Part shown: positions 52,210 through 64,000 of the stretch, one piece after another
How the letters are laid out: each line of letters begins with the position of its first letter
Numbering within the stretch: position 1 is the first letter of the stretch
Assembly (NCBI RefSeq): GCF_039654945.1
Contig: NW_027361795.1
Span: 19,096,001 to 19,160,000 of the forward strand
Length of the DNA stretch: 64,000 nt
Direction: 5' to 3'
Origin: Dendrobates tinctorius
Lineage: Eukaryota
The notes under the pieces: generated by a model
Database searches by the model: none
The model's input: only the letters and a program-made list of their open reading frames with translations
What the model was told of the DNA's origin: nothing
Translations under genes and position numbers: made by a program

Positions 52210-53652
52210 ACCTGTGTCATTTATCTTGCCAAATGGCACAGGGAAATACAATTACATGAAGGCGATTGCTTAGGCACATAATATACAGTGGGTACGGAAA
52301 GCATTTGGGTTGCCCTCCCAGGGCTGTGGGGTACTCGGTACCGGGCCGGTGTCAGTTGGATGTGTCACAGCAGCGGTGACCCGGTCCGTGGCCCTGGGCG
52401 CCCAAGCAATGGGGGAATGTAGTTAATGGAATGGAATAGTTTGTGACGCCACCTGTGGTGCCCGGCAAGGGAGGTGCCAAGCCGACGCTGCATGCATATC
52501 CGCTGGGACCGATGGTAGGGTGCAGCAAGGGTGTAAAAGCTCCCCACAAGTGAAGCTATAGTCCCAGGGCAGTGTAGAGGTGGATGGCACGGTGATGTAG
52601 AAGTGCCGTAAGGGTAGGAAGCAGACAAGACACAGCGGGGTGCAATTTCTGTACCTTTACTTGATAACTGCTGTCCAGGGTCCTGATTACAGATGGTAAC
52701 GGAGCAGGCTAGCCTGGAAGCAACTCAGGGATTCTCTCTCAGCTGACGGGCTGTGCAGTCTCCTTCCTAACGCTTGTTTGAATGAAGCACTCCAGTCCTA
52801 AGTTACTCTGAAGTTCCTCCCGCCAGACGCCCCCAAGAACCCCACCTGTACGGCAGACAGCCGCAGCCTCCCCCGGGGACTCCTCCCCCTCTGAGTCCCG
52901 GCTCTCTATCCAAGCTGCTGTTGTGCCTCAAGTCTTAGATGGGAGTAGGGCATTTGCAGCCTCCTACTCCTCTGGTATCCGCTGCAGGACCGGCAGCATC
53001 CGTACAACCGTGGAGACCAGGCTCCAGTTCGTGCGCGCTCAAGCTGTGGGAGCTCTCCTTCCTAGCTCAACGTCCAGCTTCTCTCCCCATGTCTGCACTC
53101 TTCACCCTCCGCAGACTAACTGACCTCCCCTTCCTCCTGGCCCTCAGAGAGCACTCCTCCCCTTAATCCTGGTTCAGAGTTCCCCCTGCTGGCCTGGAGT
53201 GGAACTGTGTTGCATGTATGGATTGACTGCGAGAGAGACCCATCATTGCCTCCAAGCCTGGCATTACCCTCCCCTGGAGGAAGGCAAAGCCACTGTGGCG
53301 GCCATACTCCTGGGGGCGCCACATTCCCCCCTAGTGCAAGTCAGCACTCCTGGGCTGAACAAAAGAAAACATGAATAACATATAAACAGTTACAATAATA
53401 ATTGTACAAGATTTTAAAATGGAAAAGTTACAAAAACCAAGTTCTTCAAAAATGGTCCTATGATGATAAGTCCAGCATAATTGTCCATGGTCCATTCCTG
53501 GGCAAATGGTAAAAGTTTTTGGCCACACACAAGTCCTGTGGTTCAGTGTCCATAAAACAAATTCTAAAGGAAACTCTTACAGGTTACCTGTAGGCACAAA
53601 ACTTGAAAAACAGTTACATATTTACATACAAAATTTAAACATTTACATTTTT

Positions 53653-56600
53653 CTATATACAATATCTAAGGGGTGGTATACCTTGTGTGGTCCGGGTAGA
53701 CCTGCGTAAGACTGGTGTAGTGGCTAATGTACTGGATACACTACTGGGGGTTCTATGTAACACAGGGATACTAGACTGACTGTGACCTCTTAGACTCACC
53801 AGGGGCACAACAGGTTCACCACTGGCAGGGCGAGGGTTCTTTGGCTCCACTGCTGGTGTGGCATCTGCTACCTGATTTTCCTGATTCTCTTGAGTCACAT
53901 CTTCCTGTGCTACCAATTGGGGAAACAGCAACACTGGCACCACTATAGCATCGTTCACTTTAGTCCAATTCGCAGGGAATTCTCCAAGCACTGTGCTGAC
54001 CTTCTCTTCTTCCACCATGGGTTGGATGTTATCTGGTTCTTCTTTCCTTCCCTTCAACTGGTCAGGACACAACTTCAAATGATCTCTCGATACCGCTGCT
54101 GAGGTCTCTGCTCCATCTTTACTCACAAGGCATACCTTAGTATTATCAAAGTTCAAGGGCAGAATGGTATAAGGTTCAGCTTCCCATTGATCATCCAACT
54201 TGTGCAATCTTCTCTTCCTTTTCAGGACTGGCTCCCCCGGTGACAAAGGAACATCAGGTGCATTTTGATTGTAAAGCTTCTCCTGCTTTTGCCCTGCCTG
54301 AGCCAGACTCCTTTCCACGCATTCTTGAACTCTCCGGTACTGTTGCTTCCTCTCCGTGTCCCAATCAGCATCTGGGGACGCTACTTCAGGCATCAGGACT
54401 CCCATGTCTAAGTCAATAGGCAGTTTACCAGGTCTGGCTCTCATTAAATAGGCTGGGGTACAGTTGGTGGAGTTCACTGGGATATGGTTGTAGAGGTCCA
54501 CCAGATTGGGCAACTTCTCTGGCCACAGATTCCTCTCCTCCAAGGGCAAAGTCTTCAGGAGGTCAATCACTACCTGGTTCATCTTCTCGCACATGCCATT
54601 GGTCTGTGGGTGATACGGTGTTGTCCGGATCTTCTTACAACCATACAGGTTACAGAATTCTTGGAACACTTCTGCCTCGAAAGCTGGACCTTGATCTGTC
54701 ACCACTCTTTCAGGATACCCATGTGGTCTACAGAAGTGCTGTTGGAATGCACTGGCTGCTGTCCTTGCAGTTTGATCTTTGACAGGCACAACTACCAGGA
54801 ATCTTGAGTAGTGGTCCACAATGGTAAGTGCATAGATCTAGCCTGAGCGGCTTGGAACCAGCTTCACATGGTCCAGGGTTACCAACTCAAGGGGCTGCTT
54901 GGTGATGATTGGCTGTAGAGGAGCTCTCTGGCTGTCCTGATCCTTTCTGCGCAGGTTACATTGTCCACACTCCCGGCACCACCTCTCAATGGCTTTCCTC
55001 ATACCAGCCCAGTGGAACCTCTCTCGGAGCAATACTTCCAACTTCTTCCATCCGAAGTGTCCAGCTCCATTGTGGTATGCTTCTAGGACCATTGATGCCT
55101 CTCTCTTTGGGACTATCACCTGCCAAACCAGCTCATGAGTGCAGACATTGATACTCCTCCGACACAGCTTCCCTTCATAAATGAACAGCCGGCCTCTCTC
55201 CTTCCACAACTGCTGAGTTTCTTCAGGAGCATTCGACTCTGGACGGGAGTCAGCTCGTGTCAGCAGCTCCTTCACCAGGCGGACTGCAGGGTCACTATCT
55301 TGCGTTTCTGCCCAGTCATGATGGGGCAATGGGTTCAGGGTGACCTCCTTCAAGCCAGACTGTCTGTTTCTCACTCCTTGAGCACGCTGGGCCACAAGTG
55401 GCCGGTGGAAAGGAGGTAGTTCTATCTCTTCAAGAGCCTCAGGGTCTTCTCCGGCATCTGGTAGGTTAGGCATTCTGGACAGTGCATCAGCATTTGCATT
55501 CTTGTGCCCTGCCCGATACTTGATGGTAAACTCATATTCGATAGCCGAGCCATCCATCTCTGTTCCAGTGCACCTAGTTTTTCAGTGTCTAAATGCGTCA
55601 ACGGGTTGTTGTCCATGAAGATAGTGAACTTGGCAGAGACTAGGTAATGCTTGAACCTTTCAGTGACAGCCCAGACTGTGGCAAGGAACTCCAGCTTGAA
55701 AGAACTGTAATTGTCAGGGTTCCTTTCCGTGGGGCGCAGCTTCCTGTTGGCATAGGAGATCAGTCTTTCTTTCCCATTCTGTACCTGCGACAGTACTGCT
55801 CCTAGTCCCACGTTGCTGGCATCTGTGTACAGCACAAAGGGTTTGTCATAATCTGGGTAGGCCAGAACTTCGTCTCCTGTGAGAGCCATCTTCAATCGGG
55901 TGAAGGACGTTTCCAACTCTTCAGTCCACTCAAAGGTGGAATTTTTCTGTTTGGTCTTCTTGGACTGCCCCACCAGGAGATTTTGCATAGGGGTGGCTAT
56001 TTCAGTAAAGCCCTTGATGAATCTTCGGTAGTAGCCTACCAGTCCAAGGAATTGGCGTACTTCATGAAGGTTGCTGGGTTTTGGCCAGTCCCGGATGACT
56101 GTAACCTTGTCAGGATCTGGTGCCACACCTTCTGCACTGACCACATGACCGAGGTACTGCACCTTGGGCTTCAGGAGGTGGCACTTGGAGGGCTTCACCT
56201 TCAGGCCAAAATTGGACAAAGCTTCAAACACTTCAGCCAGGTGCTCCAGATGATCTTCATAGGTTTTGGAGAAAACAATGACATCATCCAGGTACAGCAG
56301 GACCGTCTCAAAGTTCATGTGTCCCAGGCAGCACTCCATCAGCCGTTGAAATGTTCCTGGAGCAGTGCAGAGCCCAAATGGCATATAATTGAACTCACAG
56401 AGACCCATTGGAGTGGTAAATGCTGTTTTCTCCTTGTCTGCCTCTGCCACGGGAACCTGCCAATACCCACTAGTGAGATCCAAGGTGGAAAAGTAATTAG
56501 CAGTTTTAAGTGCAGCTAATGATTCCTCAATTCTAGGTAATGGGTAGGCATCTTTATGTGTAATGCTGTTAATTTTCCTGTAATCAACACACATTCTCAT

Positions 56601-57718
56601 GGTTCCATCCTTTTTCTTTACAAACACTATTGGAGCTGCCCAGGGGCTACAACTGTCTCTGATGACCCCTGCCTCCTTCATCTCCCTCAACATACTCTTA
56701 GCACACTGGTATTGTGTTGGGGGTATAGGTCTGTACCTCTCCTTTATGGGTGGATGGTCTCCCGTGGGGATATGATGTTGAACCCCTTTTGCCTGCCTAA
56801 AATCTAGTGGGTGTTTGCTGAATACCCGCTCATACTCTTGTGTCACTCTGTAAACCCCATTATTCTGGTATGAAGGTGTAGAGTCAGTTCCCACCTGCAG
56901 TTGCTGACACCACTCCTCTGGCTGCTTCACAGAGCCATTGTCCTCCACCTGATCGGATGAGACCAAGAGCTCTGCTGCCTGCAAAGAGTTGTTATTAACG
57001 GTGAGTAGCTTAGCAACTGTGGCGTACCGAGGTATTGTGGCTTCCTCTTCTCCACAATTCAAAAGGCGTACAGGTACTCTGCCCTTTCGTACGTCAACCA
57101 CCCCTCTGGCTGTCAGGACAGGACAGTGGGCCTGCTCTCGGAGTATACTGGTTCTACCAACGCCTGGTAATCTCTCCCTCTAAGACCTATAGCTGCCCGA
57201 CACCAAACCAACATTTCACATCTGGGGGGTATTGCAATGGGAAAAGCATCACTCACTCTGACGTTGCCAATCTCTCCGCCAGAGAGTTCTACCTGTTGCC
57301 TTTGCATCAGGGCTCGGATCTCCTTCTGCAGGACTCGCTGTTCTCCGGAACCAGCAGTCTCAGCCACCTGTTGCAACAAGACAATAACCTCGGACAGACA
57401 GTTTTCAATTACATTTGTACCAAGAGTCATCATGGGATTACATTCACGTCGGTCAATATCAACAACTATTAAACCTTGAGACTTTAGCTCTACCCGCCCC
57501 ACTTTAACAGTAATTTCTTTACATCCTATCTGCGGTAAAGACTGACCATTACTAGCAACTACTGTTAGCTCATCAGTTGGGCCACGGGTAAGCTCTGAAT
57601 CAGCCCAATATCTCTTGTACAGAATGTACGGCATAGTGGTCACCTGGGAGCCAGTGTCCAGCAAAGCGTTCATGGGAATGCCGTCAATCACCACAGGAAG
57701 GATTGGTCTCCCTCCCAC
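53653..57718 (-). pseudogene. pol: Family C pol: protease-RT-RNase H-integrase, frameshifted
   Basis: ALLDTGSQVT; CSPWAAPIV..MCVDYRKIN; YLDDVIVF; YTDASNVGLGAVL; HNGAGH..CRECGQC; VVTDQGPAF..TTPYHPQTNGMCE. Confidence 0.94.
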
Positions 57719-57753
57719 ATACTTGGCTCTCCAGTTCTTTGGGCCTGGGGATC

Positions 57754-58768
57754 CTACTCCTGGGGGTTGGCCCTCTGCCCCAGGGGTTGCTCATTTAAAG
57801 GACAATATCTGGCAAGATGACCGGCCTTGTAGCAGCGACGACAGATGGGATGTCCGTCCTGGTCATAGCGATCGTTGTTCCTTCCTCGAAGTGCTGGGGT
57901 TCTCCTCCTCCGGAGCCACGGGACATCCTCTGGACTGGAAGCATGCTGGATCTTTTCTTTGGAGGACACTTGTAGAGACTGCACGGTTTTGGTAAGTGCA
58001 GCCATCCCTTTGGTCAGCTCCTGGACTTGAAGGCGCAGCTCCTCAATTGGATTTTTATCCAGAGTCTGTGCATCAGCCTCCACAGGGATGGAAGGAAAAG
58101 ATGTTGCTTCCTGATGGTAGGTGATCGCTGGGCGCCTAGGGGGCGCTGGACGGCTGTCAGTGGACTCCTGCAGTACCTGAATAGCCCTATCCTTAAAATC
58201 AGCAAAGTTTAGATCAGGGTTTTGCAGGGTTATAATACGCAACTGTCCTCTGTGGGTACTAGATAGGAGTCCTTCAATGAACTGCTCTTTTAACAGTTTA
58301 TCTTCCTCCTTTACACTGTCAGGATCAACTTGCTTAACTGCTCGCAGCACCTCCTGCAGGTTGAGAGCATAATCCCTGATACTGTCCTGCGCCTTCTGTT
58401 TACAGCCAAAGAACCCCATCTTGATTTCAGCTGCAGTGTGGGTGTCAAAAGTGCTCCTCGGCTTGGCCAGGATCTTTGCAACAGTCTCTTTATCATTGTC
58501 CTGCCAGGCTTTCACTTCTCTCTGCGCTGCACCCGTTAGATGTCCAATCAGGATATTCACTTTCTGGCTTTCAGACAGAGGGTATACTTTAAACAAACTG
58601 CACAGTCTTTCTTTAAAGTCACTCAGGGTATGCGACACACCCGTGTACTGCGGCAGCCAGGCCGCTCCCGGTTTATAGGGCATAGACCGCTGTGGCAGGC
58701 GCTCCTCTTGGCGGTGCTGCGGGGTTGGCACCGGCGCCTGCCGCTGCATCACCGTTGGGCACGGACAT
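57754..58768 (-). pseudogene. gag: Family C gag with C-terminal CCHC knuckle; native ATG at 58768 is out of frame with the body
   Basis: ORF 57754-58797 has LKEQFIEGL and CRRCYKAGHLARYC. Confidence 0.85.
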
Positions 58769-59572
58769 TGTTGTGAGTTCATTTTCCCCTTCGTCACTGA
58801 GGTCTGGTGAACTCCCTATTCTGGTAAAGGAAGGTAATGAGCCTGATTATCAAGCACCTGAGTCTAATGAGGATGACTGGCTGAGTGGAGTCATGGACTG
58901 GATATAAGGCTGCCGACGCCCTTCTGCCCTGCGGGTAATTTCTCTGTGGACTTCTAGGACACCAGTCTGATTCCTGCTCCTCTAAAGCTAAGTTTTCTGT
59001 TTTGCCTGTTAGCATTCTTGTTTTGTTTTTTGTTCTCCTTGCTTTTCTGTATTTTGCCATTCCCTTCTGGGGTGAGCTGAATCTCCTTTTGCCTGTAGCT
59101 CTGTCTTCAGAATATTCCTGAGTACTGACATAGCTTTTTGAAGCCTAGCATCTTCAGGGCCTTTTTCACTGTCAGTCTGTTGGCTCTTATTTTCATAGGG
59201 TTTTTCACGGATTGCAGACAGCAGCCTTCCTGTCCTTTTCTATCTAGTTAGCTCGGGCCCCGTCTTTGCTCAGTCTATCTTTCTGTCTGTGTTAGTATTT
59301 TCATCTTGCTTCACCGTCATTATATGTTGGGGGCTGCCTATTGCTTTGGGGTCTGCTCTGGGGCAGTTTAGATTTCCCCTTTCTTTCTTTAGGCCTATTT
59401 AATTCTCCGGCTGTGATCGAGGGGTCTAGGGCATCGTAGGAACCCCCCACGGCTACTGCTAGTTGTGTTGATAGGTTCAGGGGTCTGCAATCCGATAGCT
59501 GCCAACTTCTCTGGTTTTCTGGACTTAGCTAGCATTTCTGTTTTTGCCTCCTACGGTGACTCAATCATAACA
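58769..59572 (+). mobile_element. Solo LTR of family A inserted at the family C gag start codon; 6-bp TSD GGACAT
   Basis: Colinear with 2598-3394; GGACAT at 58763-58768 and 59573-59578. Confidence 0.95.
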
Positions 59573-59882
59573 GGACATCCTCTCTCCCCCCTAGTTAACG
59601 TTAGCCAGGCCCGGGGGTTATGGGAGCTCACTGGCGGCCGCTTCACAGGCTCGACGCTCCAGGCTGTAGGCCTCAGCTCCTCCTTCTCTAACGTGCTGTC
59701 CTCTCTTCCCGCGCGGCACTTCACTTCTTCGCGCTCTGCGGCAGGCTCTGCCCTCGAAGGCCCGCCTCTTTCTTCCCACGCGCCAAGCAGTGCAGCAATG
59801 GCAGCAACTGGCGCCAATTTCACACAGTCTTTTACACAAACACAGTCTATGGCACACAGGACTCGGGGATACCGGGCTTCGT

Positions 59883-59901
59883 AATCCTGTTTGTGACGCC
59901 A
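59883..59901 (-). promoter_or_regulatory. Primer-binding site complementary to the tRNA-Ser(CGA) 3' end
   Basis: Plus strand AATCCTGTTTGTGACGCCA matches the recalled vertebrate tRNA-Ser(CGA) 3' end AATCCTGTTCGTGACGCCA with one mismatch; 3 nt from the LTR. Confidence 0.75.
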
Positions 59902-62869
59902 AATTGGGTCGCCCTCCCAGGGCTGTGGGGTACTCGGTACCGGGCCGATGTCAGTGGGATGTGTCACAGCAGCGGTGACCCGGTCCGTGGCCCTGGGTGC
60001 CCAAGCAATGGGGGAATGTAGTTAATGGAATGGAATAGTTTGTGACGCCACCTGTGGTGCCCGGCAAAGGAGGTGCCAAGCCAATGCTGCACCCTACCAT
60101 CCGCTGTGACCGATGGTAGGGTGCAGCAAGGGTGTTAATGCTCCCCACAGGTGAAGCTATAGTCCCAGGGCAGTGTAGAGGTGGATGGCACGGTGATGTA
60201 GCAGTGCCGTAAGGGTGGGAAGCAGATAAGACACAGCGGGGTGCAATTTCTGTACCTTTACTTGATAACTGCTGTCCAGGGTCCTGATTACAGATGGTAA
60301 TGGAGCAGGCTAGCCTGGAAGCAACTCGGGGATTCTCTCTCAGCAAACAGGCTGTGCAGCCTCCTTCCTAACGCTTGTTTGAATGAAGCACTCCAGTCCT
60401 AACTTACTCTGAAGTTCCTCCCACCAGACGCCCCCAAGAACCCCACCTGCATGGCAGACAGCCGAAGCCTCCCCCGGGGACTCCCCCCTCTGAGTCCCGG
60501 CTCTCTATCCAAGCTGCTGTTGTGCCTCAAGTCTTAGATGGGAGTAGGGCATTTACAGCCTCCTACTCCTCTGGTATCCGCTGCAGGACCGCCAGCATCC
60601 GTACAACCGTGGAGACCAGGCTCCCTCGCTCAAGCTGCGGGAGCTCTCCTTCCTAGCTCAACCTCCAGCTTCTCTCTCCACGTCTGCACACTTCACCCTC
60701 CGCAGACTAACTGACCTCCCCTTCCTCCTGGCCCTCAAAGAGCACTCCTCCCCTTTATCCTGGTTCAGAGTTCCCCCTACTGGCCTGGAGTGGAACTGTG
60801 TTGCGTGTATGGATTGACTGCGAGAGAGACCCATCATTGCCTCCAAGCCTGGCATTACCCTCCCCTGGAGGAAGGCAAAGCCACTGTGGCAGCCATACTC
60901 CTGGGGGCGCCACACATTCAGACCCCTTTAAATTTTTCACTCTTTGTTTCTTTGCAGCCATTCGGTAAATTCAAAAAAGTTCATTTTTTTTCTCATTAAT
61001 GTACACTCTGCACCCCATCTTGACTGAAAAATACAGAAATGTAGAAATCTTTGCACATTTATTAAAAAAGAAAAACTGAAATATCACATGATCATAAGTA
61101 TTCAGACCCTTTGCTCAGACACTCATATTTAAGTCACATGCTATCCATTTCCTTGTGATCCTCCTTGAGAAGCTTCTACTCTTTCATTGGAGTCCAACTG
61201 TGTTTAATTAAACTGATAGGACTTATATAAGACCTCACAGCTCACAGTGCATGTCAGACCAAATGAGAATCATGATGTCAAAGGAACTGGCCAAAGAGCT
61301 CAGAGACAGAATTGTGGCAAGGCACAGATCTGGCCAACTTACAAAAGAATTTCTGTAGTACTCAAGGTTCCTAAGAGCACAGCGGCCTCCATAATCCTTA
61401 AATGGAAGAAGTTTGGGACCACCAGAAGTCTTCCTAGACCTGGTCGTCCAGCCAAACTGATCAATCGTGGGAGAAGAGCCTTGGTGAGAGAGGTAAAGAA
61501 GAACCCCAAGATCATTGTGACTGAGCTCCACAGGTGCAGTAGGGAAATGGAGAAAGTTCCACAAAGTCAACTATCACTGCAGCCCTCCACCATTTGGGTC
61601 TTTATGGCAGAGTGGCCCGATGGAAGCCTCTCCTCACTGCAAGACATATGAAAGTCCACATAGAGTTTGCTAAAAAAACACATGAAAGATTCCTAGACTA
61701 TGAGAAATAAGATTCTATGGTATGATAAGATGAAGATAGAACTTTTTGATGATAATCCTGAGCGGTATGTGTGGAGAAAACCAAGCACTGCCCATCACCT
61801 GCCCAATACAATCCCAACAGTGAAACATGGTTGTGGCAACATCATGCTATGGGGTTGTTTTTCAGCTGCAGGGACAGGATGACTGTCTGCCATTGAAAGA
61901 AACATGAATGCGGTCAAGTAGAGAGATATCCTGCATGAAAACCTCTTCCAGAGTGCTCTGGACCTCAGACTTGGCCGAAGGTTCACCTTCTAACAAGACA
62001 ATGACCCTAAGCACACAGCTAAGATAACAAATGAGTGGCTTCAGAACAACTCTGTGACCATTCTTGACTGGCCCAGCCAGAGCCCTGACCTACACCAAAT
62101 TGAGCATCTCTGGAGAGACCTGAAAATGGCTGTCCACCAAAGTTCACCATCCAACCTGACGGAACTGGAGAGGATCTGCATGGAAGAATGGCAGAGGATC
62201 CCCAAATCCAGGTGTGAAAAACTTGTTAAGGACAGAAACCAGTGATGTATATCAATCAAATATTCTGAGCATATGCCCATATAACAGATCAACCTTACTA
62301 TGCAAAGGCACTCCAAAATCATAGATCCTACAAAAAAACTCATGTAAAGGGTCCAAAACAATATAATAAAAGTAACAAAGTTTATTATAATCGAAATTAC
62401 ATATAATATCACAAAAATCACATGTATCGTCATCAATTGCCACAACAGACAAGGAACAGAGAAGGCTCAGGTGTGAAGGACACAGAAAAAACTCTGGTTA
62501 AATCACAGGCTGGGTAACATGCCAGTAATCAAGTATCCTATACCTCATATTCATCACTTAACAAAAAGTATACGCGCCCAAAGTTCATAGGGCCTATAAG
62601 GTGCAATGATTGTATAAAGAGGGAGCTTGGTCAGGTAAAGATAGATTCAAATAAATGCTGCTGTCAATCAACAATAGACCACAAAAGAGAGTCACAGCCC
62701 CCCGAGAAAGCCAACGTGAAATGCGCGTCGGGGCTGCATCGGACACGCACTGACAGGCACCTATGGGTAATCAGGATATCTCCTATCACTACCTCTCTTT
62801 TGTAGTGATAGCACAATAGCACAATGAGTATCTGTAGCCCTCTATACAGGCCCACTTAATGATTCCAAG

Positions 62870-63160
62870 ATTGTAGACACCTGTGATGCTAATTAGTGGA
62901 CACACCTTGATTTGACATGTTAGTTTCGTCACATTATTTTCAGGGGTACCATCATTTCTGTCCAGGCCTATTTCATAAGTTTCATTTTTTTTTTTAATTT
63001 TGTGGAAGCATGGTTGAAAAGCAATGTTTGACTTTCATTTGTTCATTTTCATAGCTTTTTGATCTATTATTAGTTTTGTCAGATTCAAGTTATTTCTGTG
63101 ACCATTGTGGGGTTTTTTTTATCATTAAACGAAGGGTAACAACAAATTTGACCACGTGTG
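62870..63160. mobile_element. Terminal (IR) fragment of another Tc1 family
   Basis: Ends GGGTAACAACAAATTTGACCACGTGTG-TA with an inner direct repeat GGGGTACCATCATTTCTGTCCA. Confidence 0.55.
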
Positions 63161-63581
63161 TATACAGTTCTCCATGGCTGGGTCAATTAGTCAGGGTCTT
63201 GGTCTTGCTCATTTGACACATGGTAAGGTTTTAATACTAGAGGATAGGACCGTTTTGAATAGGGTCACCTTGACGCCGTAGAATGGCTTTTCCTTTATTT
63301 TAATCAAAATGATGTTAACTAAGTACCCTATGTTATTTTCATGCATGATTGCTCTTTATTTACTGCAGGGTATTTCCACATTTTGTTTTTATCTTAGGTT
63401 TTATCTGTTTAGTGGACAGTGTGAACATGTGCCTACACATTGGATGCACACCAACTTATATTCCAGTTCATCTATTTAGGTTTTTGTTATATGTTAAATA
63501 TACAACTTTTGATCTTATTCTTTTTGCAGTTCTTGGATATACTAATTAAAAAAACAAAGCATTACATTTTTTGAGTTCATA

Positions 63582-63790
63582 CAGTGGGAAAAATTAGCGT
63601 TTGATACACTGCCAATTTTGAAAGTTTTCCCACCTACAAGGAATGGAGAGGTCTGTAATTTTTAACATAGGTACACTTCAACTATCAGAGACAGACTCTA
63701 AAAATAAAAAACAGAAAATCACATTGTATGATTTTTAAGTAATTAAATTGCATTTTGTTGCATGACATAAGTATTTGCTCACCTACCAAC
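63582..63790 (+). mobile_element. Tc1 inverted-repeat end, interrupted at 63791 by a probable LTR start (TGTTAGGG) running out of the window
   Basis: TA-CAGTGGGAAAAATTAGCGTTTGATACAC with inner repeat ATAAGTATTTG. Confidence 0.6.
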
Positions 63791-64000
63791 TGTTAGGGTT
63801 GGCGGATTGCACTAAATAAAAATAAAAAATAAAGTGTGTGTTGAAGGAGCAGCCGCTATCGTGGATATGGGGCATAATGCTCACCTCATGTCTGAGCTTG
63901 GCCTGTCCCAGAGACACCATTTTGTCTGAGTTCACAAGAATCACAGGCAGCTAACTGCTCCTACCCCCCATGGCCTGTAAGCATATTGAAGAAAACAAGA

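Larger units (their letters stand above)
52306..60914 (-). mobile_element. Full-length Ty3/Gypsy provirus (family C, no chromodomain) with ~1.01-kb LTRs and 4-bp TSD CATT
   Basis: LTRs 52306-53323 and 59905-60914; CATT at 52302-52305 and 60915-60918; PPT at 53324-53331; PBS next to the 5' LTR. Confidence 0.95.
52286..62227 (+). mobile_element. Decayed Tc1 element, left TIR split by the Gypsy provirus; body 60915-62227, right end lost
   Basis: TA-CAGTGGGTACGGAAAGCATT joins CAGACCCCTT at 60919; transposase remnants KKFGTTRSLPRPGRPAKL, TVKHGCGNIMLWGCF, WPSQSPDLHQIEHLW. Confidence 0.88.

Overview
Vertebrate (very probably anuran/frog, inferred from the TE repertoire) non-genic DNA made almost entirely of nested, mostly decayed transposable elements; no intact host gene or spliced exon was recognised. 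It contains three Ty3/Gypsy proviruses (two Tf1/sushi-type chromoviruses with 6-bp TSDs, one tRNA-Ser-primed element), several solo LTRs, Tc1 elements, CR1 and L2 LINE fragments, MITEs, satellites and a Penelope/retrozyme-like repeat with three hammerhead ribozyme motifs. The main observation is an 18.75-kb hAT-type DNA transposon (30656-49405; 12-bp TIR TAGTGATGAGCG, perfect 8-bp TSD AGTACCAC). Besides a decayed transposase, it carries intronless copies of two host RNA-biology genes: a near full-length POLDIP3/SKAR (33279-34563, +) and the N-terminal third of PIWIL1 (43530-41799, -), the effector of anti-transposon piRNA silencing. The PIWI copy lies behind the same leader repeat that precedes the transposase. 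This is a candidate cargo-carrying hAT family that captured piRNA and mRNA-export machinery. Both cargo copies are disrupted here, and family-wide capture, as opposed to retroposition into this one copy, still has to be shown by a genome search.
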